Source of the DNA: Octopus sinensis
Taxonomy: Eukaryota
Length of the DNA stretch: 64,000 bases
Assembly (NCBI RefSeq): GCF_006345805.1
Contig: NW_021833586.1
Coordinates: 14,847 to 78,846, forward strand
Reading direction: 5' to 3'
How positions within the stretch are numbered: position 1 is the stretch's first letter; each line of letters begins with the position of its first letter. Below are positions 51,830 through 64,000 of this stretch, piece after piece. The translations under genes were made by a program, and so were the position numbers. The notes under the pieces were generated by a model. The model did no database searches. It saw only the letters and a list, made by a program, of their open reading frames with translations, and had not been told where the DNA came from.

Positions 51830-52275
51830 TGCTCTGGAATGCAGCCGCAGTAATATTTCTAGGGTTTTACAGGGGTTTCGGGTCTTTCAACATCGGGCCC
51901 TGCCTACCAGTTGACCTAAACAGAGGTGAAGCTCCAAGTTGTTTCCCAATAGCAGCAAACCACTGGTCAGTCCACATTATCCAAAGACTCCTAGCAGCCT
52001 TCATTGCATTTTCTGTAATGGAATTTACAACCAGTACCCCAATCCTTCTATGACCTTTACATAATGAGTATCTCGCAAAACCTTGGCAGCCTACATCAAT
52101 CGCCGCAACGCAACGTGCCTAATCGTCTCGATTTTTGCATTGCTCTACCAGCTTCATCATACAAACCAATTCCCATCTTAAGGCGCAGGCAATTCCAACA
52201 TGATCGTCTGTTTGGTGGAATTTGAGAAAAGCTGAATGTCTGGTCGTAGTTTTGTTGGTACGATGTGATCAGGAT
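51830..52275 (-). mobile_element. Degenerate HERO/R2-group (restriction-like endonuclease) non-LTR retrotransposon 3' fragment
   Basis: Reverse translation PDHIVPTKLRPDIQLFSNSTKQTIMLELPAP* then LVEQCK..ARCVAAIDVGCQGFARYSLCK..AMKAARSLWI, matching the RPD..ELTVPWE..EVGCRGF..ASRWLW pattern of HERO-type C-termini as I recall it. Confidence 0.7.
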
Positions 52276-52533
52276 CTATAACATTTCCACGAAATCCACT
52301 CTCAGCATAGGGACCGTATGCTTAAATATAATATATATTATATATATACATCGGTACAAATATGCATATACATATACAGATATCTCGAAAAGCGCGATCA
52401 GCCAAGGCAAAACTCGTGTTGCCCCTCATTTTGGAAGTATTATATATTAAACATCAGTAAGTATCAGTAAACTCCACCAGAGGTACTAAATTAACAGCAT
52501 GGCCGCAGTTAATGACTGAAACAAGTAAGGAAT

Positions 52534-52579
<46 letters not shown>

Positions 52580-52615
52580 CTATATATATAGATATACATA
52601 TATATATATATATAG

Positions 52616-52694
<79 letters not shown>

Positions 52695-52703
<9 letters not shown>

Positions 52704-52901
52704 ATATTTTACATTACTCGATAGTCAGATAAAACTCTGAGTTTCAGATGCCGAAGTGGGAATCCACAACGCCATCTCATCGGTTATCTCTTCGGTTAAA
52801 TAGCCAGATTACCGAAGAGATGGCGTTGTATATTCCCACTTCGGCATCTGAAACTCAGAGTCTTATCTTGACTATCGAGTAATGTAACATATTATTTTAT
52901 A
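52695..52901. mobile_element. Palindromic element (~80-bp outer arms plus inner stem)
   Basis: TTACATTACTCGATAGTCAGATAAAACTCTGAGTTTCAGATGCCGAAGTGGGAAT pairs with its reverse complement at ~52835-52890. Confidence 0.85.
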
Positions 52902-52980
52902 GATAAATTTCCTCTATTTACATTATATTGAGGTCTCTTTCTTTCTTTTGTTATCTTACCGTTTACCAATTATATATATA

Positions 52981-53018
<38 letters not shown>

Positions 53019-53234
53019 CCCTGAAGATCTTCTCCAGCATACTCGGAATGCAAACTTATATTATTATGTTTTGTAATATAATTAGGTGTAAAGTGAAATA
53101 ATTGTACGCATTGTTAATTAATTAATAAATTAATTTATATCCATTGAAACTCTATTTTGAAACTTATCAATTATATAGTATACATACATACATACATACA
53201 TACATACATACATACATGCATATATATATTATAT

Positions 53235-53282
<48 letters not shown>

Positions 53283-54432
53283 AATAAAATAACATATGCA
53301 TATATATAAACATATATGTACGTACCTACCTCTACATGTACATATACACGCATATATGTGTACAGGACACCAAAAAGACGTCGAACACATAGAGAGACGA
53401 AACACATAGACACAAACCAAGGAACAAGACAAGCAAAAAAGAGAGATACAGAAAACAATAAGCACAACGAAAAATCCCCTTCTTCAGTCGCGCTAAGGTT
53501 TCATCTACTAAACGTTTCGAAGGATAAAAGCGAGACGTATACTTCGAGAAAACTTCCTTCCCGCGAAAAGCAAATCAATTAAAATTCTGAGATCTTTTCG
53601 CAGAGGGGTAAAAAAAGCAAGACGGTAACGACAGTACAAACATATAAACAGTAAAAAAATATATATATAAACAGTGGAAAAATAAATATATAACAGTGAG
53701 AGACAGGACAAGGAGAACAAGATAAGAAGGGCTGTTAACGCCAGACGAAAAAAGTATTGCAAACGCTGGAATCGTGGACGACGAGAGAGAGAAAATGTGT
53801 CGACCAGTAGCCTTACAAGGCGGGCGAGAAAAGACAGGATAGCAGTTACGACGGAAGTATCGTCGCAGATGGACGACGGGAATGGGGGAGGAGGAGCAAG
53901 AGGAAGAGAGAGAAGAAGGGGAATGGTGCGAGGAGACCATGAAGAATGGTGAAAGGGAGAGAGAGAATGAAGAATGAGAGAGAGAGGAAGAGACAAGTTA
54001 AGTGAGGAAAAAAAGACGAAAAAGGGAATGGGAGAGAAAGAAAGAAATGCAATATATTATATATATAATATATATATATATAGGGAGAATTCACAAAAAA
54101 AAGACGAAGACAGGTGTGTGGACAACAAACAGATGTATTACTATAACACTCGGAAGTAAAAAAGTCTTTAACGTTTCCAGCCTACGCTGTTTCCACAGAA
54201 AGGAACACAGAAAGAAACAAGGAGAGAAAATAAAGAATGTGTAGTGGCTAGGATATCCAGATTTGAACCCTCAACTTTAGGATCATGTACCGATATACCT
54301 TAACCACTAGGGCATGTACCTTACTACTACTACTACTACTACTACTACTGCTACTACTACTACTACCGTAGTCAAAAAGCCCCAGTGATATACCTTCCAA
54401 ATAACCTTGCAGGCTCCCCACCCGAACAATAC

Positions 54433-54656
54433 CTATTTCTTTACTACCCACAAGTGGCTAAACACAGAGAGGATAAATGGGGACAGACAAACGGATTAAG
54501 TCGATTACATCGACCCCAGTGCGTAACTGGTACTTAATTTATAGACCCCGAAAGGATGAAAGGCAAAGTCGACCTCGGCGGAATTCGAACTCAGAACATA
54601 ACGGGAGACGAAATACGGCTACGAATTTCGCCCGGCGTGCTAACGTTTCTGCCAGC
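54433..54656 (-). mobile_element. SINE family C
   Basis: Reverse complement of the 2377 copy. Confidence 0.85.
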
Positions 54657-55450
54657 ACATACCGCAGTCTCCAGCACTAGCTATAACAACACTAACAACC
54701 ACCAGCTGCAACACTACACCACAACCACCACCACCCCACCACCACCACAACCACTACAACTACCAGCATGTCTACGCGTCTACCAATATAATACCAAAAC
54801 GTCTCAAAAAGTCACAAACACCCTTCAACCACGACTACCACAACCAATACCAATAACATCACCATCACCATCACCATCACCATCTCCACAACCATTACCG
54901 TCACTACCATCACCCCCCCCCCATCACCACCCTGTTGCCACCTCCACCACAATTACCAATGATTCTAGGAGTGATAGAGACGAAGGAGTCATAAATCTGT
55001 CAGATCAAAGAAATACTTTTACTTGAACGCCTGCTGAGGACAAGAGAAGGAGACTGAGAGTGTGTGTGTGTACGTGTGTGTGTAGGATGTGTGCATGTGT
55101 GTGTGTGTGTGTTTGTGTGTGTGTACGAGTGCTTGGGTGTGTGTGTATATGAGTGTATGTGTGTGTCTGTATATCTATATGTTGTACGATTTTATGTATG
55201 TCTATATGTACGTGAGTGCATACGTGTTTCTTTATGTTCATGTACGTATGTGTGTGTGAGGGAGACACACACACACACACACACACATACATACACACAT
55301 ACAAACAGACAGACAGACAGACAGAGAGGGGCGGAAGTGTAGTGTGGAAGCGAGTGGTGAAGTGATAGAGTGAGAGTGTGTGATATTGAGTGAAACTTAA
55401 GGAGCTGAGAGTGACACTAAGTGAAACCGAGGGAGTAAATCAAAGAGAAC

Positions 55451-55512
<62 letters not shown>

Positions 55513-55514
55513 GT

Positions 55515-55553
<39 letters not shown>

Positions 55554-55798
55554 TAGAGAGAGGGAGACAGTCAAAGATTCTATGTGCGTATGAGTGTGCG
55601 TGTGTATGTGTGTGTGTCTTTGTGTAACAGTGTGTCAGTGAGAAGAGTGTTATGGGAGTGTACATTTAAGGCAATGAGTGAGAGTGGCAGAGAGGGTGTA
55701 ATGGCAATGAGGTTGTTAGTAAGGGTAAGAGTGAAAGTGACGGCATGGCTGACAAGCACAAAAATGAGGGATACAAGGTAGAGACGATGGGACGAGTG

Positions 55799-55811
55799 GA
55801 AGAAGAAGAAG

Positions 55812-55843
<32 letters not shown>

Positions 55844-56167
55844 GAAGAAGAAGAAGAAGGAGGAGGAGGAGAAGAAGAAGAAGAAGAAGAAGAAGAAGAA
55901 AGAAGAAGAGAGAAGAAGGAGGAGGAGGAGAAGAAAGAAAAGAAGAAGAAGTAGAAGTAGAAGAAGAGAAGAAGAAGTAGAGAAGAGAAGAATAAGGAAA
56001 AGAAGAATAAGGAGAAGAAGTAGAAGAGTAGAAATAAGGAGAAGAAGAAGTAGAAGAAGAGAAGAAGAAGAAGAAGGAAAGAAGAAGGAGAAGAAGAAGA
56101 AGAAGAAGAAGTAGAGAGAAGGAGTAGAAGAAGGAGAAGAAGTAGAAGTAGAAGTAGAAGAGAATAT

Positions 56168-56198
<31 letters not shown>

Positions 56199-56320
56199 AG
56201 AAGAAGAAGAAGAAAAGAAGAAAGGAGTAGAAGAAGTAGAAGAAGTAGAAGTAGAAGTAGAAGAAGAAGAAGTAGAAGAAGAAGAAGAAGAAGAAGAAGA
56301 AGAAGAAGAAAGAAGAAGAA
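55799..56320. repeat. (GAA)n-rich purine tract, ~520 bp
   Basis: Direct read. Confidence 0.95.
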
Positions 56321-56810
56321 CTAAACACAAAAAGAAATTTAAAAAACGATGCATACGGTGGAGGAGAAGGCGAGGAAAGTCTACGATTGATAATTATTTT
56401 CTTGATTTTTACATTTTTGGTTGCTGACTTCCTTTGTTTTATTTCGTTTTGTTATTTTTTTTTGCCAATTTATTATTTTATTGGTATTTCTGTACGTTGT
56501 TTTTTTGTACTATTTTAGTATATTGTTGTATTTGTGTAGTTGCTTTCGTTGTTGTTGTTGTTGTATGTGTGTGTGTGTGTGTGTTGGTTATCATTATATA
56601 TTATGAAACAGGTGGCGCCCAGATAGAATCGTTAGCGCTCAGACCCAAATGCTTAGCAGCATTTCATCCGTATTTATGCTTTGAATTTAAATTCCACCCG
56701 GTTGACTTTGCCCTCCATCCATTCGGAGGCGATGAAACAAACCCCACTTTGCCAAATTTCAGTCCATGTACCTATAGTAGAAAGGATAATTACGCGCTAT
56801 TTTAATTATT

Positions 56811-57313
56811 TTGGAGGCATGTGGCTTAGTGGTTAGGGTGTCAGCATCATGATCGTAAGATTGTCGTTTCGACCGGGTGACGCGTTGCTCCAGTCCACTC
56901 AGCTGCAAAAATGAGTAACGCTGCGATGGACTGGTGTCCCGTCTAGCTGGGGAACACATACGCCATAGAAACCGGGAAACCGGGCCCATGAGCCTGGCTA
57001 GGCTTTAAAAAGAGCGCATTTATTAATTTTCTTAGATAAATTTTTATTTTATTTTTTAAAATAAATGCGCCCTTTTAAAGCCTAGCCAGGCTCATGGGTC
57101 CGGTTTCCTGGTTTCTATGGCGTATGTGTTCCCCACCTAGACAGGACGTCAGTCCATCGCAGCGTTACCGATTTTTGCAAGCTGAGTGGACTGGGGCAAT
57201 GTGAAATGAAGTGTTTTGCTCAAGAACACAACGCCTCGCACGGTCCAGGAATCGAAACCACAATCTTACGATCAAGATGCTGATACCCTAACCACTAATC
57301 CACGCGCCTCCAC
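56811..57313. mobile_element. Tail-to-tail inverted pair of family D SINEs
   Basis: + copy ~56811-57022 and - copy ~57062-57313, with a ~40-bp AT-rich spacer. Confidence 0.9.
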
Positions 57314-57688
57314 ATTTTAATTATTATTATTTATTTATCATTTTATTTAACGTTTATTAATTACATTTTAAAAATTCATTTTGCCTCATTTATTTATATT
57401 TCTCCTTGTTGTTTCCTAAAGACAATTTGTTTAATTCATTTTCTGTGTTTTCTGTTTTCTGTATTATTGGTTTATCTTGTATTTATGTGTGTTGCTAATT
57501 TCCAATGTGTGTGTGTGTGTTGTGTGTGTGTGTGTGTGTGTGTGTGTTCTTGCTGATGGTTTATTTTGCGTGTTCACTAATTTCTGTTGCTTTTTCTTTC
57601 TTTTTCGCATTTCCTTTTCTTTGTTATTTATGTTATAAACCCTTTTTCCCTCTAAAGAAACCTTGCTAGCCACCTGTTCAGGCACACG

Positions 57689-57726
<38 letters not shown>

Positions 57727-57831
57727 TATTCGCATTCATATGTACATATATGTTTATGCAGATATATAGCGTGTCCGTCTAGCTGCTTGTCTACACGTCT
57801 GTCTATGTATGCATGTATGTATGTATGTATG

Positions 57832-57862
<31 letters not shown>

Positions 57863-57863
57863 G

Positions 57864-57925
<62 letters not shown>

Positions 57926-58414
57926 GATTAAGATGAATATGGTACTTAGTTGAGGCACCAGAATTTAGTATGGTATTAAAGCTGAATGAATGCAGCATGT
58001 TCTTTGTCTATCTCCTTACCTTCTTGGAGATTTTAGGTAAAATTATACTAATCTGTCCATCTGTTTTAATTTAATTGAATTCTATGTATTTATGCAGCTG
58101 AGAATTGCCCTACATTTAAATTGATGTAATGATTGCATTGTTCAATTAAATGGTGTTTGCTTTTTCCGTGGGTATGAGTAAGTATTTCACTTATATGTCG
58201 CGTATTTGCCGCTGAAGAGGAGAAAATTCTTATGAATTAACTCTGAAATTGGTCAAATACGGTAATAACGAATTTTTTAGAAATTTCTATCGGCTTCTTT
58301 CGATGGGAATGAGCCATGTGGTTGGTAAGGAAGCTACTTACTACACAGCCACTCCTACGCCTATGTATGTACATATCTTTATATATAAAAGTAAACTTTG
58401 TAAACCTGAATGCA

Positions 58415-58445
<31 letters not shown>

Positions 58446-58512
58446 TCCTGTGACAAAGTACTAACTATATACAGTAACAAATGTTCTCCTTTCCAACTTA
58501 CCGAATAAATCT

Positions 58513-58689
58513 TACATTTATATGTAAGTAGGTACATATACGTAGGCGCAGCATTCCGCAGGTCCACTGTATTCTCCAAACACAGCCACTGTATTCCCCA
58601 GATCTGTATCTATCTATCTCCCTCTTTATATAAGTATGTATGTATGCATGTATGTATGTATGTATGTATGTATGTATGCATGTATGTAT

Positions 58690-58728
<39 letters not shown>

Positions 58729-58959
58729 TATATATATTATATATATATATATATAATAATATTATATATTATATATATATATAATATATTTTATATACAT
58801 ACATGCATACATACATACATACATGCATACATACATACATATATAAAGAGGGAGATAGATAGATACAGATCTGGGGAATACAGTGGCTGTGTCTGGAGAA
58901 TACAGTGGACCTGCGGAATGCTGCGCCTACGTATATGTACATACTTACATATAAATGTA
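58513..58959. repeat. ~447-bp palindrome centred on a (TA)n tract
   Basis: Arms include GTAGGCGCAGCATTCCGCAGGTCCACTGTATTCTCC and its reverse complement at ~58890-58930. Confidence 0.9.
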
Positions 58960-59258
58960 TATACATATGCATTTGTGGGCATAGAACGTTGCAGAACGTA
59001 AAAAACATAAAATACGAAAACATGAGATTCGAAATACGAATACTTGGAAAATGAACTTTCTTTGCGAACAACGAAAGAAACCAATGGGAAACTAGATAAG
59101 CAACATAACGAACGACCCTTCATCAGTTGTCGGCTGTTTTTCTAATCCGTATTTCGAATCTCAGGTTTTCGTATTTCATGTTGTTTACGTTCTGTGACGT
59201 CCTGTGCCCACATGTGCATATGTATATACGTATATATGTAAGTATGTACATATACGTA
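58928..59258. mobile_element. Foldback copy of repeat family P (~110-bp inverted arms; other copies ~8940-9160, 27500-27790, 37240-37530, 53300-53600, 63440-63730)
   Basis: 58928-59038 pairs with 59148-59258. Family members share TCG(A/T)AA..CTG(A/G)(T/A)GAAGG and a GTCCTGT(A/G)C.CATATATGC end. Confidence 0.65.
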
Positions 59259-59639
59259 TGTATATATGCATATACATATTTATATCATTAAGTATGTTAT
59301 GTATGTATACATTTATGTATGTATGTATGCATGTATGTATGTATATATATACATATATAGTTATATATTTACGTATGATATATATGTCTGTCAACCACCG
59401 TTTAAATCAGACTTGTTCGCTATTATTGCATTTTTATTGTCTCCATCTTTTTTACAAGTACCCATTGCAAATGTATCACTTTTTCAAATCTTCCCTCTCT
59501 CCATCTCTCTTTCTCTTTCTCTCTCTCTTCTCATTGAACAAATACACACACAGACATAAGCCTGTGCGTGCGTGTGTGTGTGTATGTGTGTGTGTGCACT
59601 ACTAGTTCACTTATTCTTTCTCTGAAGCAGTTGATATTT

Positions 59640-59729
59640 ATATATCTATTTATCTATCTACTTATCTATCTATCTACCTATCTGTCTGTCCGTCAATGTT
59701 TCTATCTATCTATCTATCTATATCTATCA

Positions 59730-59807
<78 letters not shown>

Positions 59808-59891
59808 GTATCTATCTATATATCTATCTATATATCTATCTATCTATCTATCTATCCATCCATTCATCCATCCTTATATCTATCTGTCTAT

Positions 59892-59988
<97 letters not shown>

Positions 59989-60070
59989 GATCCATCTAGC
60001 TATCCATCCACTATTCTATCTATCTATCCCTCTATCTATCTATCCATCCACTCTTCTATCTATCCATCTA
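59640..60070. repeat. (TCTA)n microsatellite
   Basis: Direct read. Confidence 0.95.
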
Positions 60071-60681
60071 TCCTCCTTCTCATTCGTCCCACGTTCCCAG
60101 TACAAAACCACAATCAATTTTATTGCACTTTTATTACACCATCCCAGGACACGTTGTAAAGAAGTATCATTCGAGGCATCCAACTGGAATATAGTGATTA
60201 CATACACACACGCACATACACACACGCACATACACACGCACTCATACATACATACATGCATACACACACATACAAATAGACATATTCATACACGGACAGA
60301 CTCACAAATACATTCACACACACACACACACACACATGCATTCATACACATGCATAAACACATACATGCCTAAATGAGTTGAAACATACATGCGCATCTA
60401 CATGTACTGACATGAATACACGCACAAACATAAACGTAAATGCATACATAATTACGCACTCTTACGCATATCTACGTGCACCTATAACCACAGGCACGCA
60501 CATCTGAATATATACACGTTTATATGGACGAATAACACACACTCACACTCTTACACATATACTTATTATGTGTGAATGAATACTTAAACACATATGTATG
60601 CTTGTATGTATGTATGTATGTATGTATGTATGTATGTATGTAGTATGTATGCATGCATGTATGCATGTATGTATGTATGTA

Positions 60682-60712
<31 letters not shown>

Positions 60713-60739
60713 ATGTATGTTTGTACGTATGTATGTATT

Positions 60740-61160
60740 ACTCTTTACTCTCTTTTATTTGTTTCAGTCATGTGGCTGTGGCCATGGGGCACCGCCTTTG
60801 GTCGAGCAAATCGATCCCAGGACTTATTCTTTGTAAACCTAGTACTTACTCTATCGGTCTCTTTTGCCGAAACGCTATGTTACGGGGACGTAAACACACC
60901 AACATCGGTTGTCAAGCGATGTTGGGGGGACAAACACAGACACACAAACAGATACACACAAACAGATACACACACATACATACATATATATATACATATA
61001 TACGACGGGTTTCTTTCAGTTTCCGTCTACCAAATCCACTCACAAGGATTTGGTCGGACCGAGGCTGTAGTAGAAGACACTTGCCCAAGGTTCCACGCAG
61101 TGGGAATGAGCCATGTGGTTGGTAAGGAAGCTACTTACTACACAGCCACTCCTACGCCTA
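60740..61160 (-). mobile_element. SINE family B
   Basis: Matches other family B copies. Confidence 0.85.
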
Positions 61161-61172
61161 TGTATGTACATA

Positions 61173-61571
61173 TCTTTATATATAAAAGTAAGGTTGTGTG
61201 CTGTCTGTCTCCTACGATTTAGATTCCTAACTACTCCCACACATTTTGCGGTGCAGTTTAAACCAAAGCGGGTATCTTATAGTCGTGATTCATATCGAGC
61301 CCTTCTGGGTATTAGCGCGCGTCTACGATGAGTCTACGATAAAAAAAAAATTACCATCAATTTTCCCATTTTTAAGCATTTTGGGCATATATAAGGGAAG
61401 TAACTCTCTAAAAATTTATTATTAAATCTTAGAATGTAAAAAGCTACAGTAACACCCCCCCCCCGATTTGTGGTTAGCCATATTGAGATGGCTATTATAC
61501 TTTACATCTCTAAAAATGCTTATATAGTTATTTCCCTTACAAACCCGAGCAACGCCGGGCGATACTGCTAG
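61173..61571 (+). mobile_element. Non-autonomous Helitron, apparently complete (399 bp)
   Basis: A|TC 5' end, subterminal hairpin CCCGAGCAACGCCGGG (61544-61559), CTAG|T 3' end, no TSD. Confidence 0.8.
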
Positions 61572-61976
61572 TTATCTATACGGGTGTGTGTGAATTCCTG
61601 TGACAAAGTACTAACTATATACAGTAACAAATGTTCTCCTTTCCTACTTACCGAATAAATCTTCAAGCACTTTACTTTTTTTGCTTGTTATTTCAATATT
61701 AAAACGATGTATATGTTTTTTATGTGCATCTGCACGTATAGATTATACAATGTGGGCGTTTCTGCTCATCGTTTTAAAACCACACACACATCAGTAAATC
61801 CTAATGCAAAGCTATGGAAGAATAAAAATATAAAAGGCTAAATGAGCTGCGGCTATGACACACAAGAACCGTTGGTAAGTGCCTTCTACTATAGCCCCAG
61901 GCCGACCAAAGACCTGTGAGGAGATTGGGTAGACGGAAAGTGAAAGAAATCCGGCGCATATATCTATGAATATATG

Positions 61977-62033
<57 letters not shown>

Positions 62034-62190
62034 ATGTACATATATATATATATACATATATATGTATATATACATATACATAATACATATGTATATATAT
62101 ATATGTATATATATATTATATTTATATATATACACATACATACATATATATATATACATACATACATACATACACACATATACATATATA

Positions 62191-62224
<34 letters not shown>

Positions 62225-62416
62225 ATATATATAAATACTCGAAGTGCTCCCTTTCAGTTTCCATCTACCAAATTCACTCACAGAGGTTTGGTCGGCCCGA
62301 GGCTACAGAAGAAGACATTCAACCAAATTGCTATGCATGGGGACTGAACCCGCAAGCATGTGTTGGGAAACAAGCTTCTTACCACACAGCCACGTCGGCA
62401 CACACACATACGCACA

Positions 62417-62460
<44 letters not shown>

Positions 62461-63001
62461 CATATATATATGTAGGTATGTATGTGTATACATGTGTGTG
62501 TTCGTGTGTGTGTGTATATGTGTGTATGTGTCTGTCCCATTTCACCGCTTGACAACCGGTGTTGGTTTTTCTACTTCATAGTAATCTAGCTGTTGACAGG
62601 CAAAAGAAACCATATAGAATAAGTACCTGGTTAAAAAAAAAAAGAACCAATATGTTCTTGTGTCGATTTGTTCGACAAACCGTTGAAGGTGATGTCCCAG
62701 CGTGGCTGCCGTCCAATGACTGAATCTAGTAAAGAGAATAAAAATAACAGACGAATAAATACATGCCCCCCTCCCCCCATACAAACCATATATCGTACCA
62801 TCTGCTCATCTATCGTACTTTATGTTTATATCGTTATATTACTGTGTATTTTATTTGTCTGTCATTTACTATCAGATATATCTCAACACTCTGCTCCCTT
62901 TTATTTCAATTTTATTGCCAGCTCCTTACTATCACCTCCAATCATTGCCCACTTCCGTTCGCCGCCGCCATTTTTTTCTTATTATTGCCCTGCTATTCCT
63001 G

Positions 63002-63040
<39 letters not shown>

Positions 63041-63782
63041 CCTTTATTTTATGTCATTCACACCCTTAAACATGTCTTCGCTGTTCAATGCTACGTTAAC
63101 CAACAATAAATCCAAAGTAATTGTCAACGGTATTTGTAACTTAAAATACAAATTGACAGTTATATAGCTAAAAGAATACTTAATGATTAGAATAGGGGCA
63201 TCGAACAAGACTTGTACGTGGTCTCTTCACAGGCTAGAAGTATCAACCAAACACTATAATCATTCACCCACAATCTTGGTGTCTCCTCAAGGTGTCTCTT
63301 TTATTGCAGCTTGCTGACAATGTTTGTGTTACTGTTATTCTCCTTGTCCTGTCTTTTACTGTTTATATTTTCTACTGTCTTTGCTGTCCTGTTTTTGTTA
63401 CCATTTTTACCCCTCCGCAAAAAAATCGCAAATTTTATTTAATCTGCGTTTGCGGGGAGGACTGTTTCAACGAAGTCGTGTCTCGCTTTTACCTTCGTAA
63501 CGCAGAGTAGATGAAACTATGGCGACTGGAGAAGGGGAATTTTCCTTGTGTTATTTGTCATGTACTCTATTTTTTCGTTGTTTAAGAAAAATGTCCAGTT
63601 CCTTGGTTTTGTGTTTATTATTTTGTTTCTCATTGTGTTCGACGTTTTGGTGTCCTGTACCCATATATGCGTGTATATATACATATAGATATAGGTAAGT
63701 ACATATATGTATGTATATATGCATATATTTTATATATGTATATATATATACACACACATCGATGTAAATATGTAATATATAT

Positions 63783-63837
<55 letters not shown>

Positions 63838-64000
63838 TATATATATACAATATATATTTTACATATATGCAAGTATGTATGTACCATCTTCACCATGATG
63901 TTTTTTTCTTTTTCAAGCTTTAATTGATTTCAAGCAAATTACATACGAAAAGCGTTTACTCATCTAAATATATACCACCAATTTCTTTTGTCTGTTGCCA

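Noticed and set aside
55666-56354. Poly-Glu, poly-Ser and poly-Phe ORFs
   Set aside because: Translations of the (GAA)n tract.

Overview
AT-rich, microsatellite- and SINE-saturated animal DNA. The SINE families and repeat density point to an octopus/coleoid cephalopod genome (inference). The only supportable protein-coding gene is a + strand Hox gene. A hexapeptide exon (..[10 protein letters not shown].., donor at 2260) is joined by an 8455-bp phase-1 intron to a homeodomain exon (10715-11271). The homeodomain carries Scr/Hox5 signatures but is unusually diverged outside helix 3. A tRNA-derived SINE has inserted into the Gln/His-rich 3' end of this exon. It supplies a premature stop and cuts off 69 still-open codons, yet it is also bounded by an in-frame GT...AG, so it could be a newly made intron. 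The remaining ~52 kb is gene-free. It holds a ~7.3-kb GGTT-derived satellite, at least five SINE families, LINE relics (CR1/L2-like, RTE-like, HERO-like), Tc1/mariner relics, a non-autonomous Helitron and about ten long inverted repeats. It also holds several minimal type-I hammerhead-ribozyme motifs of the Penelope-associated, palindromic-stem-III kind. Nearly all ORFs in the supplied track are artefacts of simple repeats. All alignments and folds were done by eye.
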